NCBI GenBank assembly: GCA_038496445.1
Contig: JALMLS010000438.1
Location: 165,580-229,579 of the forward strand
Origin: Trichosphaerium sp. ATCC 40318
Taxonomy: Eukaryota; Protista; Tubulinea
DNA: 64,000 bases
Direction: 5' to 3'
The stretch's first letter is position 1, and each line of letters opens with the position of its first letter. Below the pieces are notes generated by a model. That model made no database searches, had not been told where the DNA came from, and was given only the letters and a program-made list of their open reading frames with translations. This document shows, in pieces, positions 50,127 to 62,214 of this stretch. The position numbers and the translations under genes are program-made.

Positions 50127-52183
50127 TCACCAACAAAAAAGGTTTAGGTGATTCGAGTATTCTATACAAGGATGTATACTTACAGTAGCAAGAGAGCAAA
50201 AAAAGTTTGGATAAATTTTTTCTAAGCTATCCACAAAATTGGTAGCAACAGAAATATCCTTGTCAGCGAGTTTATATTCATCATACGTTCTCAAAGCACG
50301 TTTTACAGCGAAACCAATAAAAGGATAGCAAGGATTAACATCAAAATCTATAAGTAAGATAGAACTGTTCATGACTTTGTCGGCACATTGGAAAGCTTCA
50401 TTAACTAAACCGAGTCTTTCATAAATTCTCGCTGCCGCTGCGTGTGTATAAAAAATGCTTATAGGCACCAATTCATCTATAGTGTTAGATAAAGATAAAG
50501 CTTGTTGAATATAATCAAGACAACGGTTGTAACTTTCAAGGGTAGTCTCCACGAACCAAATTTCAGCCTTTCGAAAAAAAAATTAACCAAACGCGAAAAA
50601 AAACATGTGTTTGAGTGTCCGTACCTCTATTTCAGCCAATATGGTTAGTACGTTCCTCAACGCTCTTGCATTATCCCCTAAAACTTGTTGTACTTGCATT
50701 TCATCTTTAATAAGCTCTAGATTTGCTCTAAAAGCTTTGGCAATAACAAGGATGTCTTTACTATTCCATTTTTTACCAAGATAGAGTTTGTATCGCAGAA
50801 CGCGTATACAAACCGAACTAGCACTCATGATATCGTACTTATCACCTTTTAATAATAATGTCAGTACAGTACGCTCGATTTTAACGACACAAAGTGGCAA
50901 AAAGGATAAAACAGTAAACAAAAGGCAACCAGTTGCGAACTTACCTCGTTTTAGTTTATTGACAGCTTTTAGATAATTGCAAATGTCATCTGCTAAAGCG
51001 ATACATTTGAAACCTTCCTTTTGCTCACCGGCTGACGCTAAGTACTTTGATAGTATCATCAAACCAGCTTTAGAAAAAAAGTAAGAACCAAAAAAAAACA
51101 ATTTATTTGCTTGATTGCAAAACAATCACGTGATCAATCTCACTTATGTTGTACGAGACCAAACGGTTTTTTTGTTGATGTTACCAAATATTAAATGGGT
51201 GTTTAAAAAGGTCAACGTACCTGCTGTATCAAAGGAAGGACGAGCTTCAACCAATCTTTCTCTACAATAAAGAGCGAAATTTGCAAAATCTTTAGCACGT
51301 TTTGTGTTTTTACAGAAAAGCTGTTGCATTGCTAGTATAGAGTATACCCTAAAGTTCGTTGCCGTAACTAATAAATTAAGTACTTGGCCACATGTGATTG
51401 TTTATGGCGATTGCTAAAGGCAAAGAAAAACAGGTTTTAAAAACAAAGGCGTACCTTTTCGGTTTATAAAGTCTTGCATGTTTGACGCAATGTCAGGTAA
51501 CAGATAACTTGGTGCATCACCACCTATGAATCTTTTGTATACATCAACACAATTCTGTATATCAAACGCATGGTTCAATGTATTAGAAGCAACAGGAACG
51601 ATGGAGACCTAAAAGAAAGATAATCAGAAAAAAAAATAATAAAAATGCAACAGTTGAGTCTTGAACGGTATGTTTCTATGCTTTAGAGCTATAATTTTGG
51701 TTGCACATACCCCTGGTTGTTTTCTCTTTAGTGTGTTTGATTGATCTAGGTTATAAGAAGCGACAATCTCTCCTCTCAGCTTTTTTTGAATCTGTTTTTC
51801 TTCCGCTAGTTTCGCTTCCAATTTTGCAATTTCATCCATCAAACCAGCATTGGCAGACCCTGAATGAGCGATTAATGAAAGAAACAGAATTCTTTATTTG
51901 AACCATCGGCTAATTACTAATATCCGAATAGGGCTAATAGTTGTATTTGATACGTAATAGAGGTGACAACGTCGATTGTACTATTTTTAACGACCGACAT
52001 ACCTTTTTTACGTCCTCGCTGTTTTAATGGGCTGTAAACACAATCACTTTGGTATTTTACGCAGTTTGCTTATTAATTTAGTACGTTAAACGCATTAGAG
52101 TAAAACGTACAACAGTTTATCATTCTATTACACTTTAAATGCCTTTTCCTGCACATGACACATGATACAGATTGCTTGGACAT
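50127..52183 (-). CDS. Zn(II)2Cys6 (Gal4-type) transcription factor
   Basis: Spliced CVMCRKRHLKCNRMINCSNCVKYQSDC followed by KQRGRKK, a coiled coil and a helical C-terminal region. Confidence 0.9.
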
Positions 52184-52311
52184 TACTAGTGTGCCAGTAA
52201 GCGAAATAAGCTCACTGCATTAACCAGTCTACGGAAGTCCTTTTTGTTGAAATTCTTCGGAGATTAGGAGCTTCAATTACAAACCACTATTTTCCTTCTT
52301 CGCGGTGTGTT

Positions 52312-54500
52312 ATGGATGAGAACCATCGAATACATCCATATCGCAACGATTGTTGCCGTATTAGTACAACTGTTGATGCTATGGCGATTGAACTCTGTTT
52401 CTTCTATCCATGCCGAAAATAAACTTCGTACGGTTGACTAACACGTTTTTTTGATCTGATTTGAAGATAAGCACGTGTCCCAAATTATTTCAAACCTCCT
52501 TCGCTCTCCTGCATCCCACGTGATCATAATACAAGCGAGAGCGAAGTTCTTGACGAGATAAACTTGGGTAAAATCGTTAAAGGTAAAAACCTGTTCAAAG
52601 TGGATAATGGCGTTTATATGCTTGAAATGAATTTCAATGGCGTTAAGGTAGCTACAAACGTCGTTATTACTTTAGCTAATTGAGCTTATAGAAAGACGTG
52701 ATAAACATTGATAGTGCTTGGAAGTTGTGCAATGGTATTGTGTCAACGTTTGATGTGCTGTTTAGGTCAAAGGAGAGGCAAGTCTTAAGAAACTCTAAAG
52801 TTTTTTTAAAAAAAAATTATCTGCTTTAGTAGTGGTTCACACGTGAATCCTAGATCTAAGTTTACTCTCATGATTACTGTCACAGATAATCGAATAATAT
52901 TTCTAAATGAAACGTATCTTGGCATGAGTCTAAGATCGCTTAAAGTTTATAAGTTAAAAAACAGAAAAATACCAAACTGTTGTAATCTTGAAGACTGTTT
53001 CATTGGTACTATGACGCCTGCTGTTCGGTTCCATAAAATGTGCGTATCTTTTAAAGCATGTTGTATTAACAACAAGTAGGTTTGAACCAGTCAAGAGAGT
53101 CACAAGGCCATACAGCAGTTACCATCGATATGTCATCAGTATGGCTTCAAATCAGGTTCGCAACCATATTTTCATTATTGTCTCACGAATTGAAGGTTAT
53201 TAAACAATTCCCTACATCTAGATTAACGTGAGAATGAACCATTAAGTATAGGCTTATTTTCTAACGCTACTAGAAACGGTACATCGTAACAAGAAAAGAC
53301 GTCTTTTCAGTTCATACTAAAAAAACGTTAACTCTTTTTTTGGAATAAGATAATATTGTGAGCTTCGAGGTCTTTGAAGGTATCCCAGTATATTACAATA
53401 TAAGATACCATATTCCATCCCTTGGAAAGATAGATGCTTTTGGTAATACTACTTGTTTTTTGAGGCAAAACAAGCTGCAGTAGTTCGCTTTTTTAGGCTC
53501 AAGTTGTTTATTTTTAAACATAGGTTCTGATGACCTACAAGGAAAGGAAATTAAGTTTCTTGTTAACAAAGAGAATAAAGAACCATTTGGTAACGTGTTT
53601 ATTATTACGATCATTGGTAACAGGTAATGAACACGTTTTTTGGTGAAGTAATTTTCTTTCTTTCTTTTTTTATTCTGTTTGTTGAATCAAATGTAGTGAC
53701 ACGAATGAACTGCTACAACATTTGGAATACCTTTCTACTATCGCAGAATTACATAAAAATACATCGGTCATAGTAATAGATAACCTTTCCTCATCAGTGC
53801 CAGTGAAAGTACGTAAACAATTTTCTGCCAAAAAATAATTGCTACTTTCCTGATTTTTTCTGATAACTTTAAGCTTATTCTCGAGCAACACCATAACAAA
53901 TATGTATCAACGTTCCATTACATTAATACATACAAATACACAACGACAGAATCTATTTCACTTGCACTTGAGACAGTGAAGGTAGTCAGCATTTGATTGC
54001 AAAAATTCTGCTTTTATAATATCTCACTTTAGGAATTCCAAGAAAACGGATTAGTTCTTGTGTTAGATCCCAAGATAAACTACAACTTACGCATACTACA
54101 ACGAGCACAGAGGTATTTAACGACAAAAAATCTAATATGGGTACCTGTAGTATCAAAGAGTATAAAGTACGCACTCAACATTCTCAGCAAGAGAAAAATT
54201 ACGGGATTTTTTTTTCACTTTAATTTGCGCTTAGTTGGGAACCAGACTATGTTGGGACTATTGGTTTTAGAAATACACACGTGATAAGAGATATTTTTAT
54301 TAGAAAGGATATAAATAGAACAATGCTGTTAGAGGATTTGTTCTTCAAAGCAAGGAAACTCGGTATTCGCGTGATAAGAACAAACGAAAGATTTTCATTT
54401 CATGGAGCAAGTCAACACCTAGATTTAAGCACTCACCCATGACGATGGAGATAAATTTTACCCTTTAATCCTAATTAAAAGCCATCACAGACTACCCATG
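52312..54500 (+). pseudogene. Degenerate multi-exon gene, possibly a type II membrane glycosyltransferase (GT25-like)
   Basis: Hydrophobic N-terminal segment and fragments YVISMAS, FEGIP, MLLEDL. Intron-like segments and many stops/frameshifts. Confidence 0.25.
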
Positions 54501-54865
54501 AGTATTCAAGAACACTATACCTGACTGGTAGTGTGGTTTATGCTGTTTGATAAAATAAAAATAGCACGTGTTACAGTCACGTTTTACCAAGATTTACGTT
54601 TTACAGTTGGCGGTGAGAAAAACGTTTCGCCCGCCTCGGGTAAGCATTTTGTCAAAACATCTCTATTTAAAATTACATAGAAGATTCCAGTTCGATTCTG
54701 GCAAGATATAACATGCTTATAGCGTATGGTAGCACTCTAAAGGAACCACAATAGTCTCATAGACTTATAACCTCCCTATGATGTTTCATTTACTGTCTGG
54801 CATGAATCAATCACCTTTTTGTAGTAGACAGAAGGTGCATAGCCATTGATTACGTATTTTTCAAG

Positions 54866-55942
54866 ATGATAGGTGGCATTTTAAATTGTTGCTTTAAGCG
54901 AGCTCCTCACGTGCACTGTGAATTTCTTGAATACTTGCGAAGAGTTTCGCCGAGTGACTTGCTTAACTCAGTACTTTACATTAACTGTCACGTGATGACT
55001 AACGGACTACTACTCGGTTTACTTTTAACTTTTGCGTTATATCTGGCGCCAGCACTCTTGGTTTGCGCACTGATACTTGCTGTACTCGCTCCAATAAGTA
55101 TTATTTTATTCACTATTCTACAAAGATATTTTGTGTTGCTTTACATTTTGTTGTACTTTGGCATGCAAGTTTGTGCTGGTGCTGATATTGTAGCTGATAT
55201 AGCATTGCTGATAAAAGCTATTATTCGCGTTGTCCTTCATCACGAAGAAGAAAAAGGTGAGATAATAGGACCGCTACGCCTTGCCATAACATTGCTTGGA
55301 GCGATGGCATGTATGGTCTTTATAGCTTTTTCTTTTGCTATCTACACCATGGCTGAAAAAAATAAAACTAGTGGATTTGCTCATGTTATAGTGGGTATAT
55401 TTAAAGGGTGTAAGCCTCTGAAACTTATTGGTTTTTTCTGTATTGCTATTTGTTGGAAGTTAATTTCTTTACTGATACGTCTTCTCTTGCTTGGTGGACT
55501 AATACTGAAGCTGATATATTGCAACCCTAGCACCCGAGAAGTGAAAGAGGCAGTAAAACAATTAGATATTTCTATAGCAGAAAATGAGTTTATCTTGTTA
55601 GCAGACCTTGCAACTACAAGTATTCCTCTGGGTATTCTTGTACTTGTTGATATTTTCATAGTAAAAAAAGAAAGTGTGGAAAATGTTTTTGAAAAAGAAC
55701 ATGCTTGGGAGTCTGCGAAGCTTATTGGCTTGTCATTACAATGTTTGGCTTCTTCTTACTTTGTTATTCGTATGTTGTGGCATCATGTACTTGTCAAACA
55801 TGATACCAAGAATGAAAACACTGATGAGGCAACAGAACCTTTTATAGCTGAAGAACCACAACATGTTGTAACTGATACAATAGAACCTAGTTTAAATGAA
55901 GAAACAGATGCAGTAGACGCTGACACGCTTAACCTATTGTAA
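54866..55942 (+). CDS. Multi-pass membrane protein (weakly XK-related-like)
   Basis: 358 aa ORF with ~7 hydrophobic helices, DIVADI and TSIPLGIL motifs and an acidic tail. True start may be the ATG at ~54995. Confidence 0.7.
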   Translation: MIGGILNCCFKRAPHVHCEFLEYLRRVSPSDLLNSVLYINCHVMTNGLLLGLLLTFALYLAPALLVCALILAVLAPISIILFTILQRYFVLLYILLYFGMQVCAGADIVADIALLIKAIIRVVLHHEEEKGEIIGPLRLAITLLGAMACMVFIAFSFAIYTMAEKNKTSGFAHVIVGIFKGCKPLKLIGFFCIAICWKLISLLIRLLLLGGLILKLIYCNPSTREVKEAVKQLDISIAENEFILLADLATTSIPLGILVLVDIFIVKKESVENVFEKEHAWESAKLIGLSLQCLASSYFVIRMLWHHVLVKHDTKNENTDEATEPFIAEEPQHVVTDTIEPSLNEETDAVDADTLNLL

Positions 55943-56079
55943 GTCTAAAAAATAAACATCTTGTCAACCGGTTGTACAATACCTAGTTTTCTTGGTTTTA
56001 TGCGTACCTGAGGCTCGGAATCCAGGCGACACTAAATAGGTTGGAGAGCAGCAGAACTGAGATTTAAGCCAACATCTGC

Positions 56080-56420
56080 TCGCTTGACTAACTACATATC
56101 ATTGACATGTTCCAACAATCCCCTGTCATAAATTACGGAGAGATATTTAGGTTTACCAAATTGTGCGAATTTATTTAAAGACGAGCACGGTTGGTCAAGT
56201 GTTTTAATCCTGAGGCTGTATTATATTACAATATTCAATGAAGTGTTTGACATTGGTAATGATTTCTCCATTGTCCGTAATAGGATCAGTAGTATAGTTT
56301 AGCTGCATGTACGCTACTAAGGTGTTTGATCCAAGAGTCACGTGGATTCCAAATAATAATTGTATGAACATGTTTGAGTGCTGAACTGTTTTTATTTAAA
56401 CAACATAGAGTCAACGTCAA
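56080..56420 (-). pseudogene. Heavily decayed F-box/LRR remnant
   Basis: gactcttggatcaaacacctt (DSWIKHL), TNVKH and GLKHLTN match the 60333 gene at nucleotide level. Confidence 0.7.
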
Positions 56421-56650
56421 TGGCTCTGCTGGGCTGTGAGAGTAAATTAAGCTTGATTATGAAACCTGTCCAAAAGCGCGGTCCGCTTTGTCCCAAGTTT
56501 GTGTAAAAGCCAACTGCAATACCAACTGATTAGTTAGTGAAAGTTAGTTGCATAGAGAAAAATAGTGGTACAGTTAGTGAAGCTTGTAAAGCTTGAGCTT
56601 TAAAATGTAGAGAGAAAAAACACGATTGTATTGCAAGGACAACTTTTCTT

Positions 56651-57067
56651 CTAACATGAATTACCGTTTACGCCTATTACAGATAACGCAATATTAGCGT
56701 CACTAAGACTACAAGCACAGCCAAGAATAGGAATTTCTGCACCTGCTGGCCAAGGATTGTACAATCTGATCTTCACAACACCGTCAGTGCAATTCAATGA
56801 AATGTTGCCTGTTTCAGTTGCAGTGATAGAGCTATTTGATGACCAGCAGTTGTCTGTTGTTGCGCCAGCTTGGGAACCTCGTGTCACAGTGATAGATATT
56901 ATTGGCGCACCACTTGTTGGTGCTGTGAGGTAGACAATGCGTTCATGTTGGATTGCCGCTATATTACAAATTAATGGAGGAGGCATAACTTTTATAAACG
57001 ACGCTAGTTTACTTTGAATCGAACAGCCGTTAAAAATGTCAATATGTACTCCCTTGTTCGCACCCAT
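56651..57067 (-). CDS. Small beta-rich hypothetical protein
   Basis: 138 aa ATG-started ORF with a possible in-frame intron, head-to-head with SURF2. Confidence 0.6.
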   Translation of the reverse strand: MGANKGVHIDIFNGCSIQSKLASFIKVMPPPLICNIAAIQHERIVYLTAPTSGAPIISITVTRGSQAGATTDNCWSSNSSITATETGNISLNCTDGVVKIRLYNPWPAGAEIPILGCACSLSDANIALSVIGVNGNSC

Positions 57068-57219
57068 ATTTTATGCCAGGTCCAATGGTACATATAGATC
57101 ATAAATTACCGTAAGCCCACAAAAGCACGTGACAACAAAAAGTTCGTATTTTTGGTGAACTTAACTACCGCTCAGTTAAGTTGTTGGGGTTTTTTTTTCA
57201 GAAGTGAGAAAAAGACATT

Positions 57220-58092
57220 ATGGGTGACGGATTTATCCCAGACGATGTAGACGATTGGTTAGAAGAACATCCAGATTTTTACGCCACAGAAACTTGCCGG
57301 GTTAGTTGCTAATTTACGTAATATTTGGTTAATGGCCTATATCAAGGTAAAATGCGAAGTTACAGATCACGAAATGCCGCCAAGGCTTGACGTTATTAAA
57401 CAGCACTTTAATGGCAAAAAATACAAGAAAATGGCACGCTTACGCCGTAATATGAAGTAATAATTATATTTCTAGAAAAAACAAGCAAACAAAGGACAAT
57501 TCGATTACACAGAGTACGAATACATTGTACTACACCCAAGAGACCCGTACGTACAAATAAGCCATTAAAAACCGGAATACATCCAGAATTTATTAAAAGG
57601 CATTTTATGCTTGTAAACTTATAATATTTACTAAAACATGGCCAATGCAGCATTCAAAGCGGCAAAAAAACTATTTGAAGCACAATTAAATTAAAACTCT
57701 CTGTTCGACGTTCTTTTACTTATTTTTCGCGTAGTACTAAGCTATTCTGCGAACTTACACAAACATTACTCAATAAAGACGAAGACGCAGTAAAAAAGCA
57801 CGTTAACGGCGGTAAATACAAGAAGCGTGCTGAGCAATACGAAAATCATAAACAGAAGTTCGAAAAACAAGTAGAACAAGTAAAAAAGACAAAAACATTA
57901 TGGAGAGAATTCAAAGAAGATCAAAAAAAAGACCGTCAAGAAGAAAGAGAAGAAACTGATAAACAAGATGCAATATTTTCTGAACAAGCAGTACAACACA
58001 GGTCTAGAAGAAGAAAAATGGTTGATAAACATGATAAGGAAGCAAGGAATGAGTCTAAACGCAGAGCACATAAGCGTCAAAGAGTCAGATGA
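57220..58092 (+). CDS. SURF2: Surfeit locus protein 2
   Basis: WLEEHPDF..|[22 protein letters not shown] and [28 protein letters not shown], with a charged tail. Confidence 0.85.
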
Positions 58093-58577
58093 AAAAACTG
58101 TCAAAAAAAAAACCGAAAAGAAAAAAAAATCTTACGCCGTCACGTGATGAGGAAATGTGTTTTAAATCGAAAAAAATGTTTAGAACAAGAAGTATTGTAT
58201 GTATCGCGTATATATAGATGGTATACGCGTTAAAAAAAAAGAGTATTGTTCTAGAAAGAAATAAAATCAAAAAAAAAAATCAAACTTGTTCATTCGCTTT
58301 GTTAGTCTGTGAGTTGTGCGTCTGCTCAAGTGTTTCTCAAAATAGTAAGATGGTTACGCTCATTGTAGAAGCAAAATTTTTGAATGAAAGTTATTGATCG
58401 ATTAGCTTTTGGCACATCTTTCTTGGCCATTTTTTTTGTTCGGATGTCATTACTTTTTTTTCTTCACAACACAATGGTTTTTGTCACCACTTTAAAAATA
58501 AAAAACTGTTTGGTTAATGCTACAAGGGATTTTATTTACAATTTTAATGTACAAAGAAGATAGTGGTGGAGTTATTT

Positions 58578-59620
58578 TTACTCGCGTCTTGCTTTCGATC
58601 TTTTCGCTTGAAGGTGTCTTGTGAAGGCAGAGGCTTTGGTAGCTTCTTTGACAGTTGATTTTGCCTCTTTTACTGTCTTCACAGCTTTCATAAGAGAGTG
58701 TTGACGTAACTTCTTCAACTTTGCAAGTTTGGCATTCCACTGTTCTGCCGTTACCAGGCACCGCTTCGGCGTCTTCAGTGTCGTTTGTTCGCCTGTATTT
58801 AGTTCTGGCGTGTTTTTTTGTTGTCGGCTGTCCATTGTGTGTTTTGTCGCCTCCTCTTCACGCTGAGCGTTTTCTCGTTGTTGTGCTTGAGCTCGAGCAA
58901 GAATGTAAGCCCTTCCACGTCGTGGTCGTTGAGGTCGTCCAGTGAGCGCCGATCGGATAGAGCCAAGAGTGGTAACAATAAATTTAAGCTTTTGAGGTGT
59001 ATTGGTGTAAGTATAAGTAGTTATACTTTCCATGACTTTCCAATGTCGAGAAAACTAGCCAAAATATATACTCTGACACTTTTACGAACCTACAAAATAC
59101 CCATAAACACTATATCTAATTGTGTACCTTAGATTCCGAGCGCTGACGTTCTTTGTATACTCGTGCATTTACTCAAAACTGTCACAATGTTCTGAAAGTG
59201 AACTGGAAAGCTCACTGTGCGTAGTGTAGCTTCGTTTTTTGGTATAATAGCCTCCTTGCAGTATCTAAATTTAACGTGTAGCGTGCCACGAGAGTCCAAA
59301 GGACTTATACCGTACGCAACCAAGCAAAGTAGAAATGGCGTTAACCAGATCTCAGCACAGACAGTAATCTGTGACGTTATTAGCACTGTTGAAGGTATTC
59401 GAATCTTTGCTGCAAGAGCATGAGACGGCTTGTTTTTTGCTCTAAACCGCATCGCGTTCCACAGAAGTTACTAATCGCTTGAAGCAACCGGCTACTTGTT
59501 ATGGTGTGGAATGCGATGTGTTTGAAGCAATTAGTCGAGGTTCTAAGCTGTCAATGGAGAAGTTCTAACAACAAGCTGTACGTAAAACTGGCGTTTGTGC
59601 TTATCATCTCGTGTAGTTAG
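58578..59620 (-). mobile_element. Possible decayed pogo/Fot1-type DDE transposase
   Basis: Ordered fragments FHTITSSRLLQAI (cf. LPPHTSHLLQPLD), AYGISPLD (cf. ATGIWPLN) and a basic C-terminal ORF 58578-59033. No TIRs found. Confidence 0.3.
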
Positions 59621-60332
59621 AGTTAGTAGCGCTCAATTGAATTAAAAGTCGTATTGTTATCGCACAGCGGAGTTTCTTTATGCCAACACGGTTGAATATG
59701 CAGTTTTTCAAGCGTATCTGCTGATTTTCCACCTGTTTCATACAAGGTTGATCAAATTTAATTCTGGATACGTGCCAATTCGCGTCTTAGCTGGTTTTAG
59801 TGGAGTAGGATAAAGGTTGGGTGGAAAGGTCGTCGTTCGACGGTTCTTAGGTTGAAATTATCGAACAGCTACTCTTTCCAGCCTGTTACGCTTGCCAGCT
59901 GTAAAATCGGGCGTTTTAGACAACAAGAACGAAAAACTATTTCCTCGGACTCCGAACTTCCTTTGATGCGTACTGTTACGCTTCAGAAATGTTCTGCTTT
60001 TACACCCTTGTTGTTCGTTTTCGTTGAGTTAAAAATAAAACCTGTGTGAAGTTTACTTTAACTTAACCACAATGGAATAAAACCAGAAAAATGATTTGGA
60101 ATAAATGCCAAAAATGAAACTGCTTGTTGGACAATTTATTTTTGTAAAGAATGACAAACAAGACAAGTAGCGTTTATGCCTACATGATCTACTTAGAAGA
60201 TTTAACCTTCCACGTGACAAACAGCCGTTCAACAATTCACCAGCCTACAATTTACTGTCCATTTATTTTATTGTCCATACATTTTTGTTGATTCTCTTAT
60301 ACCCATGTGCTCACCGTTCTTTATAATCGAAA

Positions 60333-61529
60333 TTACCGTACTAATTTATGTAATAAGTTGAGAGATGTCAAGTGTACCAAGCATGAGTTTGTTATCTTAT
60401 TGCAATCCTTAAGAACAAGGTATTCTAGATTTGTCAAGTACTTCAATCCTGAGTTTGTTATCTTGTCACAACTCCAAAGAAATATGCGTTTAAGGTTAAT
60501 CAAGCCCTTGATTACTTCATCAGTTATTTGAACTCTGCATAGAAAAAGATTTTCAAGATTTGTTAACTGCTTCAGTCCATCTATTTTCATGTTATCAATC
60601 TGCTTTATAGTGAGATACTTAAGGTTTACCAAATTGTACAATCCTGAACCGTTGATATTATTACATGATCTTATATCCAAATGAACAAGGTTGGTCAAGT
60701 GCTTTAATCCAAAGTCTGTTATCTTTTTACAAAATTGAATTTGTAAGTGTTTGACATTGGTTAATGATTTCAATCCCGAGTCTGTTATGGAGTATCCATA
60801 ACATAGCTTCAGCGTATGTACATTACCAAGGTGTTTAATCCAAGAGTCACATGGATAGTTAAGAGCAAGTGTATGTACTTTTTTAAGTGCCTTAAAGCCT
60901 TCAGCAGTTAATTTATTACGGCTGGTAATTAAAATTGTGTGAACATCACTAAGTGCCTTAATCCCTTCATCGCTTATATCTTCACAGTTATTAATGAGAA
61001 TCAAGTGTACACCACTGAGTGCTTTTAACGAAACATCTGTTATACTTGTATTTATTAACTTGATTGAATGAATACTGTGTTTTCCAGTTTCCAGCAAAGA
61101 AAGAATACCTTCATCTTCAACGTACACAGAGTGTATAATGATGTCATGAACGCCATAAAGACAAGCCATGTCACTTGCTGATATTTCAAGATTAGACAAA
61201 ATAATACAAGTATTCTTAAGCAGCGGACTGCCTTTTAACACGTGACAATCTGATGGTTCTCTCAATAACATCATATTGAAACCAATATTATGCCGTATGA
61301 TGTCATTAAACATGTGAGATACTGTACAAGCTGATATACGCTCTCTTTTATCTAAATAACGTAGAGTAAACGTTAATATCTCTGGTGGAAGCTGTGAGAT
61401 TAAATTAACTTGTTCATTATCTGTGGTCACGCCTTGACATTGTCACTTCCTCTTGAGTTAAAAAATCACGTGACTAGATTGGACCGAATCGGTATCTACG
61501 CTAGGATTGATGACGCTAGCTATTGCCAT
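60333..61529 (-). CDS. F-box + LRR protein
   Basis: ISQLPPEILTFTLRYL F-box and GLKHLTNL repeats. The main ORF lacks an in-frame upstream ATG; an ATG at 61529 plus a GTCACGTG...AAG intron restores the frame (tentative). Confidence 0.88.
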
Positions 61530-61819
61530 CAAGGTATTATGACGTAGGTAGACAACAAAAGAGAATACTACGACACTACAGCAATTACTCAAGGCGAAAA
61601 AAAGTTAGAGTTTTTTCGTACTAAACGATGCCACATCTAAAGCATTCACAAGATAATCAATACTCCTTTTAAGCAATATACAACCTATGTCAATTTGATG
61701 TATCTCAACCGATAGGCTCACAATATTCGCAATAATTATCAAAAAAGATTGAAATAGCATTCCATTTATTTGCACTAGCGCTGAAGATACATTAGGCATG
61801 TATTCTAAGCCTCATGTAC

Positions 61820-62214
61820 TTAGTTTCCTTTGCAAACTGCATGGCAAGAAGTATAATTTGATTCGCACTCTTCTGTGGATAGAGCTTTGTTCTCCATACA
61901 AGCACCTTCTTTATCAAGACAGTAGCGGTTACATTCCTCAGTCAATAAGAAACATTTCGCATTTACGTCTTCGTGTAGTTCCATGGAGCACTCCTTGACG
62001 CAACAGTTGTAAGAAGCTTCACACCATGAAGGAATATGAGTGTACAAGCAAGCTCCCTCCGCTTGAAGGCAGTTATTCTTACAGTCTCCAAGCTAGTTGT
62101 AGTTTAGAGATTACAGCTCGTTTTATCGTATTAGTTTCGTACGCTTTCTTCAGGGTTGATTGCTAGGGTAACTGCTATTGTGATGGCGATAAAAACTAAC
62201 GAGAAGGTGCGCAT
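61820..62214 (-). CDS. Small secreted Cys-rich protein with two six-Cys repeats
   Basis: Signal peptide MRTFSLVFIAITIAVTLA, one intron, CKNNCLQAEGAC..C......CCVKEC and CNRYCLDKEGAC..C......CHAVC. Confidence 0.8.
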
